A stretch of 55,587 nucleotides of DNA from contig OZ037844.1 in NCBI GenBank assembly GCA_964035575.1, positions 1,736,001 through 1,791,587 of the forward strand. The letters run 5' to 3'. The position numbers and the translations under genes were made by a program. Shown here in pieces: positions 23,279 to 38,478 of the stretch (within the stretch, counting starts at the first letter, position 1; every line of letters begins with the position of its first letter). The notes under the pieces were generated by a model. It had not been told where the DNA came from. It made no database searches and saw only the letters and a list, made by a program, of their open reading frames with translations. This DNA is from Rhynchopus sp. YZ270_cl-10 (taxonomy: Eukaryota).

Positions 23279-24783
23279 GTGACCCCGTCATAGCGATACG
23301 GAAGGTGTACCGCACGCTGAACAAGAAGGTGGAATACTACGAGCAGCAAGGAGTACTGCTCCGGCTAGTAGACGGAGTGCTGGCGGATCGGTCCACCGAG
23401 CGCAACAGGAAGAAGGGGGATCCGTACGAGGTATGAATATACACTAAGTACCACATATATAATTCATACTACTTTTTACAGCGCGAGGAGTACGGACCCC
23501 AGGGGGAGCAGCCGCCGCCGAGCTGCCTGGAATTTGAGTTCCAGGCAGCACTCGACCACTCCGAGAATGGAGTGGTCGAGGAGGCGTGGCGACCCCACCT
23601 CCAGCGTAGGCTGGAGCTGGCGTGCCGACCGGCACGACAGGCGAAGAGGGAGTACGAGCTCCGTATGTCTTATTATACATTACCTATGCGTTTCCTCATA
23701 TTTATATTATTCCCCCTTACTACAGCTCCCGAGGTCCGCAGCCTCGGATTTGGGACGTACGTCCCAACCGCACAGGAGGAGAAGCAGCAGAGGGAAGACG
23801 CGAAACGCGTCGTCGCGAACGGTCGGAGGATCGTCGCGACCCTCATGCTGTCGTCAGAGCTGATCATCAGCGACGACAGCAAGGTATGTGCTCAAACCTC
23901 CCACCTTCTATATTACTATACCAAAACATCACAGATCCATTCACTGTTGACGGACACACTGAAACGCCCAGAGGACGAGGACACGCAGCGCGCGTCAGGG
24001 TCCGTGAGCGTGAGCGGACCGGGAGAGCCGCAGCCGCCCCCCGACAGCCACCCCCACGCCGGGCCGTCCGAGCTGACGTTCCCCCACGCCACCATGTCGG
24101 TTCCGTGGGCCCGTCTCCGGACGGCCCTGTGGGTGGCAGGAGGGGTGCGGGGCCTCCCCGAGCTCGAGGCTGCGGTAGAGGCGGAAAAAAACAGAGAAAA
24201 AAAAGCAAAGAAAAGGAGGGGTAAACCCCAGGACCAGTTCCAGGCGTGGTCCGAGGGAAAGGACTCCCAGTCCCAGGAGTGGGACTGGGTGTATACGGAA
24301 ACGAATAGGCCGGGAAGAAAAAGAAAAAGGGAAACAGGACAACCCAGGCGCGAGAACACCACCACCTCGCCCTCCCCCTGCCTCCCACCCCAGATGTACG
24401 CACTGCCGTACGACACCCCCCCCAGCTCCGCACAAAATAGTGAAAAAAAAAGAAGGGTAGGATGTGATATAAAAAAAACAGAAACCAAAAAGGAAAGCGA
24501 AGAAGAAACCAAAAAAGAAAAAAAAGTAGAAACAAAAAAACAGACCAAAAGAGAGAGAGAAGAAGCCGCTGCTAAAAAGCAGTGGCTTGATGCCTACCAA
24601 AAAATGGGCACGGAGGAAAAAAAGCAGTGGTGCATGGAGTGCGGCTTTAATTGCTGCGCTTCATGCACCACTCTTGTGGCATGCCATAACAGCTGCCACA
24701 AGAGAATACCCTCCAAATGGAAACAACGAAAAGAAGGGCGTGCAGTGCACGCAAGCGCCAAAATCATGCATAAAGCGAGATAA
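23279..24783 (+). CDS. Unit gene A, copy 3
   Basis: Identical translation, offset +14455. Confidence 0.75.
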
Positions 24784-24993
24784 GCACTATTTTTATATAT
24801 TTTTGTTTTGTTTACTAAATTTTTATTTTTCAGACATGTCCCCCTAGATCACCTCCAGCCTCCCCCCTCTCTTCCAAATAATGTTTGAGCTAAATGAAAT
24901 ATAAAGAACCCCTATACCCTCCCCTTTTTACTTTAGTTTATCATCAGATACACTTTTTAATCCTCATCACATCCCATCAGACGTACACACACA

Positions 24994-26888
24994 ATGAGGG
25001 TGAAGATGGCGCGGAGACGGCCGGTCCCAGCCCCACCCCCAATGGCGGCGATTCAGGCCCCAGCCCCAGCCCCAAAGGCGGCGACGAGAAGGAAGAGGAA
25101 GCGCAAGCGGGCGGCGACAGTGTCCTCCGCGTCCGCCGGGGGGTCGTCGGTGGGGAATATGTCCTCATTCTCCCCCGGCGCCCCCGGCGCCCCCGACGCC
25201 CCCACCTCCGTCATGCCGCGGAGCCCCACCACCACCACCAACACTGCCTCAGGTATGTATTCCCTCATACATTATTACATCGTTTTTAATTAAGTACGTA
25301 GTTATTAATCCCCCATCACAGAGACCGCCACCAGACAACGCCTGTCAGTGGTGAAGGTGCAGGCGAAGGCGCGGCTAGAAGCCGCCATGCAGGCAACGGA
25401 GGAGCCACCGAGGGTATGTTATATAATTCTCCCCTATATTAGCTCCCCCTTTATCCCAAGAATTACAACACTATACAGGAGAGTATGTCCCTCAGATTCG
25501 AAGTTGAGGCTACGGTAAGCTCAGAAGAAGAACCCGAGTGGAAAGAAAAAGTATGTATTTTAATTGTATTGTACCTATTTTTGTCATGCTATTTTATTTT
25601 TCTCAGAAACAGGCGATCCTGGCCAGGACACGCCAAATCCAGCATAAAATGCTGGAGGCGTACGCCGGGAAGGAGGACACGGACACGGACTGGAGAGAGT
25701 CCGTGTCGTCGCAGGGAGCCGGCAGCGACGAGGAGTACGAGGAAAAGGGGGGAGAGGGGGGGAGGGGCAAAGAGGTGGAGGTGGCATCGGGGAGGTGGGT
25801 GAGTGTAAGGGTGGGGGTTAGGGGGGAGGGGGTTAAGGGGGAGGGGGTTAAGGGGGAGGGGTATGGGGTCGCAACCGACGGTTGCGTCCCATACGAGGTG
25901 GGAACGGGGGAGGTGCCAAACGCAGACCAACTTAAAATGTTGGCTACTGCGGGCATCGCCCCCGGGGACGAGGGACTAGTCCCGCTCCCCCACAAGCACG
26001 ACACCAGACAGACATGTCTGGTGCTCGTGACGAGAACAGAGGGGGGGGGGGTCTCTGTTACCCCCCCCTCCAAAAAAGGCAGCTGACACCCCAGTCAGCT
26101 GCCCCCAGAGGCTCCTAACGACTAGGAGCCTCTGGTGCCACAACCACCTTACGCGTGTGCGTGGTGGCACAGGGGGCAGAACGCAGCGCGTCCTCGCTAA
26201 CGAGGAGAACGACAGGAGACGCGCCTACGCTAATGCGTGGGAAAGACGCCACAACGCAGAACAGGGCAGCGCCCTTGCTTTTGTGCCTCCAGTAGCGGCT
26301 AAAGCTACTCTGGTCATCGCTGCGTTCCTGGAAACGGAGGTGGCTGTCACCATCTACTCTACGAGTAGCGATGGTGACAGCATCCTGACTGCAGTCAGGA
26401 TGCTACCACACCCCAGCCTCGCGCAAGTGAGGTCGAACGGCGCTCTGCGCCGTTCCTTGTTCAACGAGCCCCTGTGGCTGAGTACAGGCACACCTGACGT
26501 GTGCTTTATTCGGCTGAAGGCTGCTCTGAACAAGAAAAAACACGGGGAGTGGGTGGACTTCGCAAGGAGACAAACAAAAGCGCAGGCTCGACTGGAGGAA
26601 GAGGGAATCAAGCTGATCGTGATGCTTTATCATGTTGGAATCATAATAATCCATCACGAGCAGATTGATGGCCTCTCCACCTTCAAACGAGCCACGGAGT
26701 ACCACGCCACTGCTCAACAGGACAGCCTGTCGTACTCGAAGACGGGGCTAGTGATCCTCCTTGACGAGGGGGATCACTACTCCAGAATCAAGAACAAAAG
26801 CGACGCTGACCGCGTCGCGTTCGCAAACTGGTATCAAACGTCCATGTCAGGTAGAGTAACGGTTCATCAGAACTTGGCTAGACCTTAA
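24994..26888 (+). CDS. Unit gene B, copy 3
   Basis: Identical translation, offset +14455. Confidence 0.65.
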
Positions 26889-28240
26889 GGCCACTAGTAT
26901 TTCTTATAGTGACCTTCAGGTGTAATCAAAATTCTCATGAACGTGTACTACACGTGACATGCCTTAGTAATACCAGTTGTAGAATTCAATATTTCCTCCT
27001 TTATCTATTGTTAATGTGATTTAGCAGGGAAAGCATTTTCCCTCATAAGTATTTTCCTTTTACAAAGACATTTTTCAGCGAAAGAATACATTTTGTTAAA
27101 TATTTACAGCATTTTCTGTACAGTAGAATGCATATTTTATGTGTCGTGTAGACTTCTTCGAGATCAGCCGTTTTCCGTAACTCACGCGTCCTTTGCGTGC
27201 AATTAGATCACTTCTTACGGAAAACGTCATTTCTCTTGAGTAATAAAAAATATTTTGGGCCCAGCACAGACTGGCCCAAGAAGGCAAGGAACGAACTGTA
27301 AAAACTAACGAAATATAGAGAAAGAAAGGCCATATGGGGGGGTTCCACATAGATATCGAAAGCAAATAACGCAAGAAGGGAAAAAAGACAGTATAAATAA
27401 CAGAACGAAAAAAAAGAGGTCTACCTCACCTGCACCCCATTTCTATTTAATCTGCTTTCATATCCCACCTCCACCACTCTCCTCACCACAGATTACACAA
27501 TACAATGACTTGCCTAACTCCCTAAAAAAAATAAAAGCAAGTAAAATGATGGAGGCGGAGGCGGAGGCGGAGGCGGGGTCGGCTCATACGCCACCCCCCC
27601 TCCTGGGACAATCCTCAGTCCCAGCAGCAGCGAAGGAGACGGAGAAGACAACAGCGGTATGTAACTTTTACCCCTTTTTATTACTTTTTCTTCGTATGTC
27701 ATTTCAACACTCCGGATTCTCGGCTCATGATGCCTCCTTACAAGAGGCGCAAACTCTGCTTAGCCGCATGGGTCCGCTCCCACCGCAGCTCCGCATCCTT
27801 CACGCGTACCGGTCAGTCATGCACGCACATCCCACACGACGTCTTTCCTTCACCTATGTGAACGTCCACGAAGATGTTGGGTCTTCCTTGCTATCCTCCG
27901 CAGCAGCACGCTTCGCGCCTACTCCTCCGCCCGCACCATGGGAAGGGTGCCAGCATCAGTGTCACCTAGGTCCGTCATGAACAGGTCCCTCTCGGGCTTG
28001 TTTTTCTATTTCAGCCTGTTCACAGGCTTAACCTTGTTAGTTCCTCATTCTCTTTGTTTTTTTTTTATTTTTTGCAAATACGAAGTGTAACCCAGGTGAG
28101 GTGTGCACTGGCTGTGCATGCAGGAGGAGGAGTAAGAGGTGCTATGGTGTGCGGAACGCACAGGTGAGGTGTGCACTGACTGTGCATGCAGGAGGAGGAG
28201 TAAGAGGTGCTGTGGGGTGCGGAACGTAGGGTATCGTGTT

Positions 28241-30747
28241 ACGTGCGCATGTAGTGTATGGTGATACATGCGCACGCTGTGTATAGTGTACTGTGCGCAC
28301 GTAGTGTATAGTGATACGTGCGCACGTGGTGCGCACGCTGTGTATAGTGTTCCGTGCGCACGTAGTGAAGAGTTTACTGTGCGCACGTGGTGCGCACGCT
28401 GTGTAGAGTGTACTGTGCGCACGCTGTGAAGAGTGTACTGTGCGCACGTGGTGCGCACGCTGTGTATAGTGTACTGTGCGCACGTAGTGTATGGTGTACT
28501 GTGCGCACGTAGTGAAGAGTGAACTGTGCGCACGCTGTGTATGGTGTACTGTGCGCACGTAGTGAAGACTGAACTGTGCGCACGCTGTGAAGAGAGTACT
28601 GTGCGCACACTGTGTATGGTGTACTATGCGCACGTAGTGAAGACTGAACTGTGCGCACGCTGTGTATAGAGTACTGTGCGCACACTGTGTATAGTTTACT
28701 GTGCGCACGCTGTGTATGGTGTACTGTGCGCACGTAGTGAAGAGTGAACTGTGCGCACGCTGTGTATAGCGTACTGTGCGCACACTGTGTATAGTTTACT
28801 GTGCGCACGCTGTGTATGGTGTACTGTGCGCACGCTGTGTATGGTGAACTGTGCGCACGTAGTGTATAGAGTACTGTGCGCACACTGTGTATAGTGTACT
28901 GTGCGCACGCTGTGTATGGTGAACTGTGCGCACGTAGTGAAGAGTGAACTGTGCGCACACTGTGTATGGTGTACTGTGCGCGCGTAATGTATAGAGTACA
29001 GTGCGCACGTGGTGCGCACGTATCACTACACTACGTGCGCACAGTACACTATACACAGTGTGCGCACAGTTCACTCTTCACTACGTGCGCACAGTTCACC
29101 ATACACTACGTGCGCACAGTTCACCATACACAGCGTGCGCACAGTTCACTCTTCACTACGTGCGCACAGTTCACCATACACTACGTGCGCACAGTTCACC
29201 ATACACAGCGTGCACACAGTTCACTCTTCACTACGTGCGCACAGTACACCATACACTACGTGCGCACAGTTCACCATACACAGCGTGCGCACAGTTCACT
29301 CTTCACTACGTGCGCACAGTACACCATACACTACGTGCGCACAGTTCACCATACACAGCGTGCGCACAGTACACTACACACAGTGTGCGCATAGTTCACT
29401 GTGTGCACAGTTCACTCTTCACTACGTGCGCACAGTACACCATACACTACGTGCGCACAGTTCACCGTACACAGCGTGCGCACAGTACACTACACACAGT
29501 GTGCGCACAGCTCACTCTTCACTACGTGCGCACCACGTGCGCACGGAACACTAAACACAGCGTGCGCACCACGTGCGCACAGTACTCTATGCACGACGTG
29601 CGCACGTATCACTAAACACTACGTGCGCACAGTAAACTCTTCACTACGTGCGCACAGAACACTATAGACAGCGTGCGCACCACGTGCGCACGTATCACTA
29701 TACACTACGTGCGCACCACGTGCGCACAGTAAACTCTTCACTACGTGCGCACGGAACACTATACACAGCGTGCGCACCACGTGCGCACGTATCACTATAC
29801 ACTACGTGCGCACCACGTGCGCACAGTAAACTCTTCACTACGTGCGCACGGAACACTATACACAGCGTGCGCACCACGTGCGCACGTATCATTATACACT
29901 ACGTGCGCACCACGTGCGCACGTATCACTATACACTACGTGCGCACCACGTGCGCACAGTAAACTCTTCACTACGTGCGCACAGAACACTATACACAGCG
30001 TGCGCACCACGTGCGCACGTATCACTATACACTACGTGCGCACCACGTGCGCACAGTAAACTCTTCACTACGTGCGCACAGAACACTATACACTACGTGC
30101 GCACCACGTGCGCACAGTAAACTCTTCACTACGTGCGCACGGAACACTGTACACAGCGTGCGCACCACGTGCGCACGTATCACTATACACTACGTGCGCA
30201 CCACGTGCGCACAGTAAACTCTTCACTACGTGCGCACGGAACACTATACACAGCGTGCGCACCACGTGCGCACGTATCACTATACACTACGTGCGCACCA
30301 CGTGCGCACAGTAAACTCTTCACTACGTGCGCACGGAACACTATACACAGCGTGCGCACCACGTGCGCACGTATCATTATACACTACGTGCGCACCACGT
30401 GCGCACGTATCACTATACACTACGTGCGCACCACGTGCGCACAGTAAACTCTTCACTACGTGCGCACAGAACACTATACACAGCGTGCGCACCACGTGCG
30501 CACGTATCACTATACACTACGTGCGCACCACGTGCGCACAGTAAACTCTTCACTACGTGCGCACAGAACACTATACACTACGTGCGCACCACGTGCGCAC
30601 AGTAAACTCTTCACTACGTGCGCACGGAACACTGTACACAGCGTGCGCACCACGTGCGCACGTATCACTATACACTACGTGCGCACCACGTGCGCACAGT
30701 ACACTATACACTACGTGCGCACGTAGCACTCCTCACTACATGCGCAT
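28241..30747. repeat. Minisatellite palindrome, copy 4, centre ~29015
   Basis: Same structure; expanded right arm. Confidence 0.95.
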
Positions 30748-30878
30748 GGAAGCGTTGATATATTATTCAAGTGACAATGTTCTAATTATAGGTTATACAC
30801 ATTCTATTATTTGATAAATATTACAGCAATACCATAATAATTGGTCTATACTCTATGTACTACTAAACAACATTACAG

Positions 30879-32383
30879 GTGACCCCGTCATAGCGATACG
30901 GAAGGTGTACCGCACGCTGAACAAGAAGGTGGAATACTACGAGCAGCAAGGAGTACTGCTCCGGCTAGTAGACGGAGTGCTGGCGGATCGGTCCACCGAG
31001 CGCAACAGGAAGAAGGGGGATCCGTACGAGGTATGAATATACACTAAGTACCACATATATAATTCATACTACTTTTTACAGCGCGAGGAGTACGGACCCC
31101 AGGGGGAGCAGCCGCCGCCGAGCTGCCTGGAATTTGAGTTCCAGGCAGCACTCGACCACTCCGAGAATGGAGTGGTCGAGGAGGCGTGGCGACCCCACCT
31201 CCAGCGTAGGCTGGAGCTGGCGTGCCGACCGGCACGACAGGCGAAGAGGGAGTACGAGCTCCGTATGTCTTATTATACATTACCTATGCGTTTCCTCATA
31301 TTTATATTATTCCCCCTTACTACAGCTCCCGAGGTCCGCAGCCTCGGATTTGGGACGTACGTCCCAACCGCACAGGAGGAGAAGCAGCAGAGGGAAGACG
31401 CGAAACGCGTCGTCGCGAACGGTCGGAGGATCGTCGCGACCCTCATGCTGTCGTCAGAGCTGATCATCAGCGACGACAGCAAGGTATGTGCTCAAACCTC
31501 CCACCTTCTATATTACTATACCAAAACATCACAGATCCATTCACTGTTGACGGACACACTGAAACGCCCAGAGGACGAGGACACGCAGCGCGCGTCAGGG
31601 TCCGTGAGCGTGAGCGGACCGGGAGAGCCGCAGCCGCCCCCCGACAGCCACCCCCACGCCGGGCCGTCCGAGCTGACGTTCCCCCACGCCACCATGTCGG
31701 TTCCGTGGGCCCGTCTCCGGACGGCCCTGTGGGTGGCAGGAGGGGTGCGGGGCCTCCCCGAGCTCGAGGCTGCGGTAGAGGCGGAAAAAAACAGAGAAAA
31801 AAAAGCAAAGAAAAGGAGGGGTAAACCCCAGGACCAGTTCCAGGCGTGGTCCGAGGGAAAGGACTCCCAGTCCCAGGAGTGGGACTGGGTGTATACGGAA
31901 ACGAATAGGCCGGGAAGAAAAAGAAAAAGGGAAACAGGACAACCCAGGCGCGAGAACACCACCACCTCGCCCTCCCCCTGCCTCCCACCCCAGATGTACG
32001 CACTGCCGTACGACACCCCCCCCAGCTCCGCACAAAATAGTGAAAAAAAAAGAAGGGTAGGATGTGATATAAAAAAAACAGAAACCAAAAAGGAAAGCGA
32101 AGAAGAAACCAAAAAAGAAAAAAAAGTAGAAACAAAAAAACAGACCAAAAGAGAGAGAGAAGAAGCCGCTGCTAAAAAGCAGTGGCTTGATGCCTACCAA
32201 AAAATGGGCACGGAGGAAAAAAAGCAGTGGTGCATGGAGTGCGGCTTTAATTGCTGCGCTTCATGCACCACTCTTGTGGCATGCCATAACAGCTGCCACA
32301 AGAGAATACCCTCCAAATGGAAACAACGAAAAGAAGGGCGTGCAGTGCACGCAAGCGCCAAAATCATGCATAAAGCGAGATAA
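30879..32383 (+). CDS. Unit gene A, copy 4
   Basis: Identical translation, offset +22055. Confidence 0.75.
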
Positions 32384-32593
32384 GCACTATTTTTATATAT
32401 TTTTGTTTTGTTTACTAAATTTTTATTTTTCAGACATGTCCCCCTAGATCACCTCCAGCCTCCCCCCTCTCTTCCAAATAATGTTTGAGCTAAATGAAAT
32501 ATAAAGAACCCCTATACCCTCCCCTTTTTACTTTAGTTTATCATCAGATACACTTTTTAATCCTCATCACATCCCATCAGACGTACACACACA

Positions 32594-34488
32594 ATGAGGG
32601 TGAAGATGGCGCGGAGACGGCCGGTCCCAGCCCCACCCCCAATGGCGGCGATTCAGGCCCCAGCCCCAGCCCCAAAGGCGGCGACGAGAAGGAAGAGGAA
32701 GCGCAAGCGGGCGGCGACAGTGTCCTCCGCGTCCGCCGGGGGGTCGTCGGTGGGGAATATGTCCTCATTCTCCCCCGGCGCCCCCGGCGCCCCCGACGCC
32801 CCCACCTCCGTCATGCCGCGGAGCCCCACCACCACCACCAACACTGCCTCAGGTATGTATTCCCTCATACATTATTACATCGTTTTTAATTAAGTACGTA
32901 GTTATTAATCCCCCATCACAGAGACCGCCACCAGACAACGCCTGTCAGTGGTGAAGGTGCAGGCGAAGGCGCGGCTAGAAGCCGCCATGCAGGCAACGGA
33001 GGAGCCACCGAGGGTATGTTATATAATTCTCCCCTATATTAGCTCCCCCTTTATCCCAAGAATTACAACACTATACAGGAGAGTATGTCCCTCAGATTCG
33101 AAGTTGAGGCTACGGTAAGCTCAGAAGAAGAACCCGAGTGGAAAGAAAAAGTATGTATTTTAATTGTATTGTACCTATTTTTGTCATGCTATTTTATTTT
33201 TCTCAGAAACAGGCGATCCTGGCCAGGACACGCCAAATCCAGCATAAAATGCTGGAGGCGTACGCCGGGAAGGAGGACACGGACACGGACTGGAGAGAGT
33301 CCGTGTCGTCGCAGGGAGCCGGCAGCGACGAGGAGTACGAGGAAAAGGGGGGAGAGGGGGGGAGGGGCAAAGAGGTGGAGGTGGCATCGGGGAGGTGGGT
33401 GAGTGTAAGGGTGGGGGTTAGGGGGGAGGGGGTTAAGGGGGAGGGGGTTAAGGGGGAGGGGTATGGGGTCGCAACCGACGGTTGCGTCCCATACGAGGTG
33501 GGAACGGGGGAGGTGCCAAACGCAGACCAACTTAAAATGTTGGCTACTGCGGGCATCGCCCCCGGGGACGAGGGACTAGTCCCGCTCCCCCACAAGCACG
33601 ACACCAGACAGACATGTCTGGTGCTCGTGACGAGAACAGAGGGGGGGGGGGTCTCTGTTACCCCCCCCTCCAAAAAAGGCAGCTGACACCCCAGTCAGCT
33701 GCCCCCAGAGGCTCCTAACGACTAGGAGCCTCTGGTGCCACAACCACCTTACGCGTGTGCGTGGTGGCACAGGGGGCAGAACGCAGCGCGTCCTCGCTAA
33801 CGAGGAGAACGACAGGAGACGCGCCTACGCTAATGCGTGGGAAAGACGCCACAACGCAGAACAGGGCAGCGCCCTTGCTTTTGTGCCTCCAGTAGCGGCT
33901 AAAGCTACTCTGGTCATCGCTGCGTTCCTGGAAACGGAGGTGGCTGTCACCATCTACTCTACGAGTAGCGATGGTGACAGCATCCTGACTGCAGTCAGGA
34001 TGCTACCACACCCCAGCCTCGCGCAAGTGAGGTCGAACGGCGCTCTGCGCCGTTCCTTGTTCAACGAGCCCCTGTGGCTGAGTACAGGCACACCTGACGT
34101 GTGCTTTATTCGGCTGAAGGCTGCTCTGAACAAGAAAAAACACGGGGAGTGGGTGGACTTCGCAAGGAGACAAACAAAAGCGCAGGCTCGACTGGAGGAA
34201 GAGGGAATCAAGCTGATCGTGATGCTTTATCATGTTGGAATCATAATAATCCATCACGAGCAGATTGATGGCCTCTCCACCTTCAAACGAGCCACGGAGT
34301 ACCACGCCACTGCTCAACAGGACAGCCTGTCGTACTCGAAGACGGGGCTAGTGATCCTCCTTGACGAGGGGGATCACTACTCCAGAATCAAGAACAAAAG
34401 CGACGCTGACCGCGTCGCGTTCGCAAACTGGTATCAAACGTCCATGTCAGGTAGAGTAACGGTTCATCAGAACTTGGCTAGACCTTAA
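32594..34488 (+). CDS. Unit gene B, copy 4
   Basis: Identical translation, offset +22055. Confidence 0.65.
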
Positions 34489-35840
34489 GGCCACTAGTAT
34501 TTCTTATAGTGACCTTCAGGTGTAATCAAAATTCTCATGAACGTGTACTACACGTGACATGCCTTAGTAATACCAGTTGTAGAATTCAATATTTCCTCCT
34601 TTATCTATTGTTAATGTGATTTAGCAGGGAAAGCATTTTCCCTCATAAGTATTTTCCTTTTACAAAGACATTTTTCAGCGAAAGAATACATTTTGTTAAA
34701 TATTTACAGCATTTTCTGTACAGTAGAATGCATATTTTATGTGTCGTGTAGACTTCTTCGAGATCAGCCGTTTTCCGTAACTCACGCGTCCTTTGCGTGC
34801 AATTAGATCACTTCTTACGGAAAACGTCATTTCTCTTGAGTAATAAAAAATATTTTGGGCCCAGCACAGACTGGCCCAAGAAGGCAAGGAACGAACTGTA
34901 AAAACTAACGAAATATAGAGAAAGAAAGGCCATATGGGGGGGTTCCACATAGATATCGAAAGCAAATAACGCAAGAAGGGAAAAAAGACAGTATAAATAA
35001 CAGAACGAAAAAAAAGAGGTCTACCTCACCTGCACCCCATTTCTATTTAATCTGCTTTCATATCCCACCTCCACCACTCTCCTCACCACAGATTACACAA
35101 TACAATGACTTGCCTAACTCCCTAAAAAAAATAAAAGCAAGTAAAATGATGGAGGCGGAGGCGGAGGCGGAGGCGGGGTCGGCTCATACGCCACCCCCCC
35201 TCCTGGGACAATCCTCAGTCCCAGCAGCAGCGAAGGAGACGGAGAAGACAACAGCGGTATGTAACTTTTACCCCTTTTTATTACTTTTTCTTCGTATGTC
35301 ATTTCAACACTCCGGATTCTCGGCTCATGATGCCTCCTTACAAGAGGCGCAAACTCTGCTTAGCCGCATGGGTCCGCTCCCACCGCAGCTCCGCATCCTT
35401 CACGCGTACCGGTCAGTCATGCACGCACATCCCACACGACGTCTTTCCTTCACCTATGTGAACGTCCACGAAGATGTTGGGTCTTCCTTGCTATCCTCCG
35501 CAGCAGCACGCTTCGCGCCTACTCCTCCGCCCGCACCATGGGAAGGGTGCCAGCATCAGTGTCACCTAGGTCCGTCATGAACAGGTCCCTCTCGGGCTTG
35601 TTTTTCTATTTCAGCCTGTTCACAGGCTTAACCTTGTTAGTTCCTCATTCTCTTTGTTTTTTTTTTATTTTTTGCAAATACGAAGTGTAACCCAGGTGAG
35701 GTGTGCACTGGCTGTGCATGCAGGAGGAGGAGTAAGAGGTGCTATGGTGTGCGGAACGCACAGGTGAGGTGTGCACTGACTGTGCATGCAGGAGGAGGAG
35801 TAAGAGGTGCTGTGGGGTGCGGAACGTAGGGTATCGTGTT

Positions 35841-38347
35841 ACGTGCGCATGTAGTGTATGGTGATACATGCGCACGCTGTGTATAGTGTACTGTGCGCAC
35901 GTAGTGTATAGTGATACGTGCGCACGTGGTGCGCACGCTGTGTATAGTGTTCCGTGCGCACGTAGTGAAGAGTTTACTGTGCGCACGTGGTGCGCACGCT
36001 GTGTAGAGTGTACTGTGCGCACGCTGTGAAGAGTGTACTGTGCGCACGTGGTGCGCACGCTGTGTATAGTGTACTGTGCGCACGTAGTGTATGGTGTACT
36101 GTGCGCACGTAGTGAAGAGTGAACTGTGCGCACGCTGTGTATGGTGTACTGTGCGCACGTAGTGAAGACTGAACTGTGCGCACGCTGTGAAGAGAGTACT
36201 GTGCGCACACTGTGTATGGTGTACTATGCGCACGTAGTGAAGACTGAACTGTGCGCACGCTGTGTATAGAGTACTGTGCGCACACTGTGTATAGTTTACT
36301 GTGCGCACGCTGTGTATGGTGTACTGTGCGCACGTAGTGAAGAGTGAACTGTGCGCACGCTGTGTATAGCGTACTGTGCGCACACTGTGTATAGTTTACT
36401 GTGCGCACGCTGTGTATGGTGTACTGTGCGCACGCTGTGTATGGTGAACTGTGCGCACGTAGTGTATAGAGTACTGTGCGCACACTGTGTATAGTGTACT
36501 GTGCGCACGCTGTGTATGGTGAACTGTGCGCACGTAGTGAAGAGTGAACTGTGCGCACACTGTGTATGGTGTACTGTGCGCGCGTAATGTATAGAGTACA
36601 GTGCGCACGTGGTGCGCACGTATCACTACACTACGTGCGCACAGTACACTATACACAGTGTGCGCACAGTTCACTCTTCACTACGTGCGCACAGTTCACC
36701 ATACACTACGTGCGCACAGTTCACCATACACAGCGTGCGCACAGTTCACTCTTCACTACGTGCGCACAGTTCACCATACACTACGTGCGCACAGTTCACC
36801 ATACACAGCGTGCACACAGTTCACTCTTCACTACGTGCGCACAGTACACCATACACTACGTGCGCACAGTTCACCATACACAGCGTGCGCACAGTTCACT
36901 CTTCACTACGTGCGCACAGTACACCATACACTACGTGCGCACAGTTCACCATACACAGCGTGCGCACAGTACACTACACACAGTGTGCGCATAGTTCACT
37001 GTGTGCACAGTTCACTCTTCACTACGTGCGCACAGTACACCATACACTACGTGCGCACAGTTCACCGTACACAGCGTGCGCACAGTACACTACACACAGT
37101 GTGCGCACAGCTCACTCTTCACTACGTGCGCACCACGTGCGCACGGAACACTAAACACAGCGTGCGCACCACGTGCGCACAGTACTCTATGCACGACGTG
37201 CGCACGTATCACTAAACACTACGTGCGCACAGTAAACTCTTCACTACGTGCGCACAGAACACTATAGACAGCGTGCGCACCACGTGCGCACGTATCACTA
37301 TACACTACGTGCGCACCACGTGCGCACAGTAAACTCTTCACTACGTGCGCACGGAACACTATACACAGCGTGCGCACCACGTGCGCACGTATCACTATAC
37401 ACTACGTGCGCACCACGTGCGCACAGTAAACTCTTCACTACGTGCGCACGGAACACTATACACAGCGTGCGCACCACGTGCGCACGTATCATTATACACT
37501 ACGTGCGCACCACGTGCGCACGTATCACTATACACTACGTGCGCACCACGTGCGCACAGTAAACTCTTCACTACGTGCGCACAGAACACTATACACAGCG
37601 TGCGCACCACGTGCGCACGTATCACTATACACTACGTGCGCACCACGTGCGCACAGTAAACTCTTCACTACGTGCGCACAGAACACTATACACTACGTGC
37701 GCACCACGTGCGCACAGTAAACTCTTCACTACGTGCGCACGGAACACTGTACACAGCGTGCGCACCACGTGCGCACGTATCACTATACACTACGTGCGCA
37801 CCACGTGCGCACAGTAAACTCTTCACTACGTGCGCACGGAACACTATACACAGCGTGCGCACCACGTGCGCACGTATCACTATACACTACGTGCGCACCA
37901 CGTGCGCACAGTAAACTCTTCACTACGTGCGCACGGAACACTATACACAGCGTGCGCACCACGTGCGCACGTATCATTATACACTACGTGCGCACCACGT
38001 GCGCACGTATCACTATACACTACGTGCGCACCACGTGCGCACAGTAAACTCTTCACTACGTGCGCACAGAACACTATACACAGCGTGCGCACCACGTGCG
38101 CACGTATCACTATACACTACGTGCGCACCACGTGCGCACAGTAAACTCTTCACTACGTGCGCACAGAACACTATACACTACGTGCGCACCACGTGCGCAC
38201 AGTAAACTCTTCACTACGTGCGCACGGAACACTGTACACAGCGTGCGCACCACGTGCGCACGTATCACTATACACTACGTGCGCACCACGTGCGCACAGT
38301 ACACTATACACTACGTGCGCACGTAGCACTCCTCACTACATGCGCAT
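35841..38347. repeat. Minisatellite palindrome, copy 5, centre ~36615
   Basis: Same arm lengths as copy 4. Confidence 0.95.
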
Positions 38348-38478
38348 GGAAGCGTTGATATATTATTCAAGTGACAATGTTCTAATTATAGGTTATACAC
38401 ATTCTATTATTTGATAAATATTACAGCAATACCATAATAATTGGTCTATACTCTATGTACTACTAAACAACATTACAG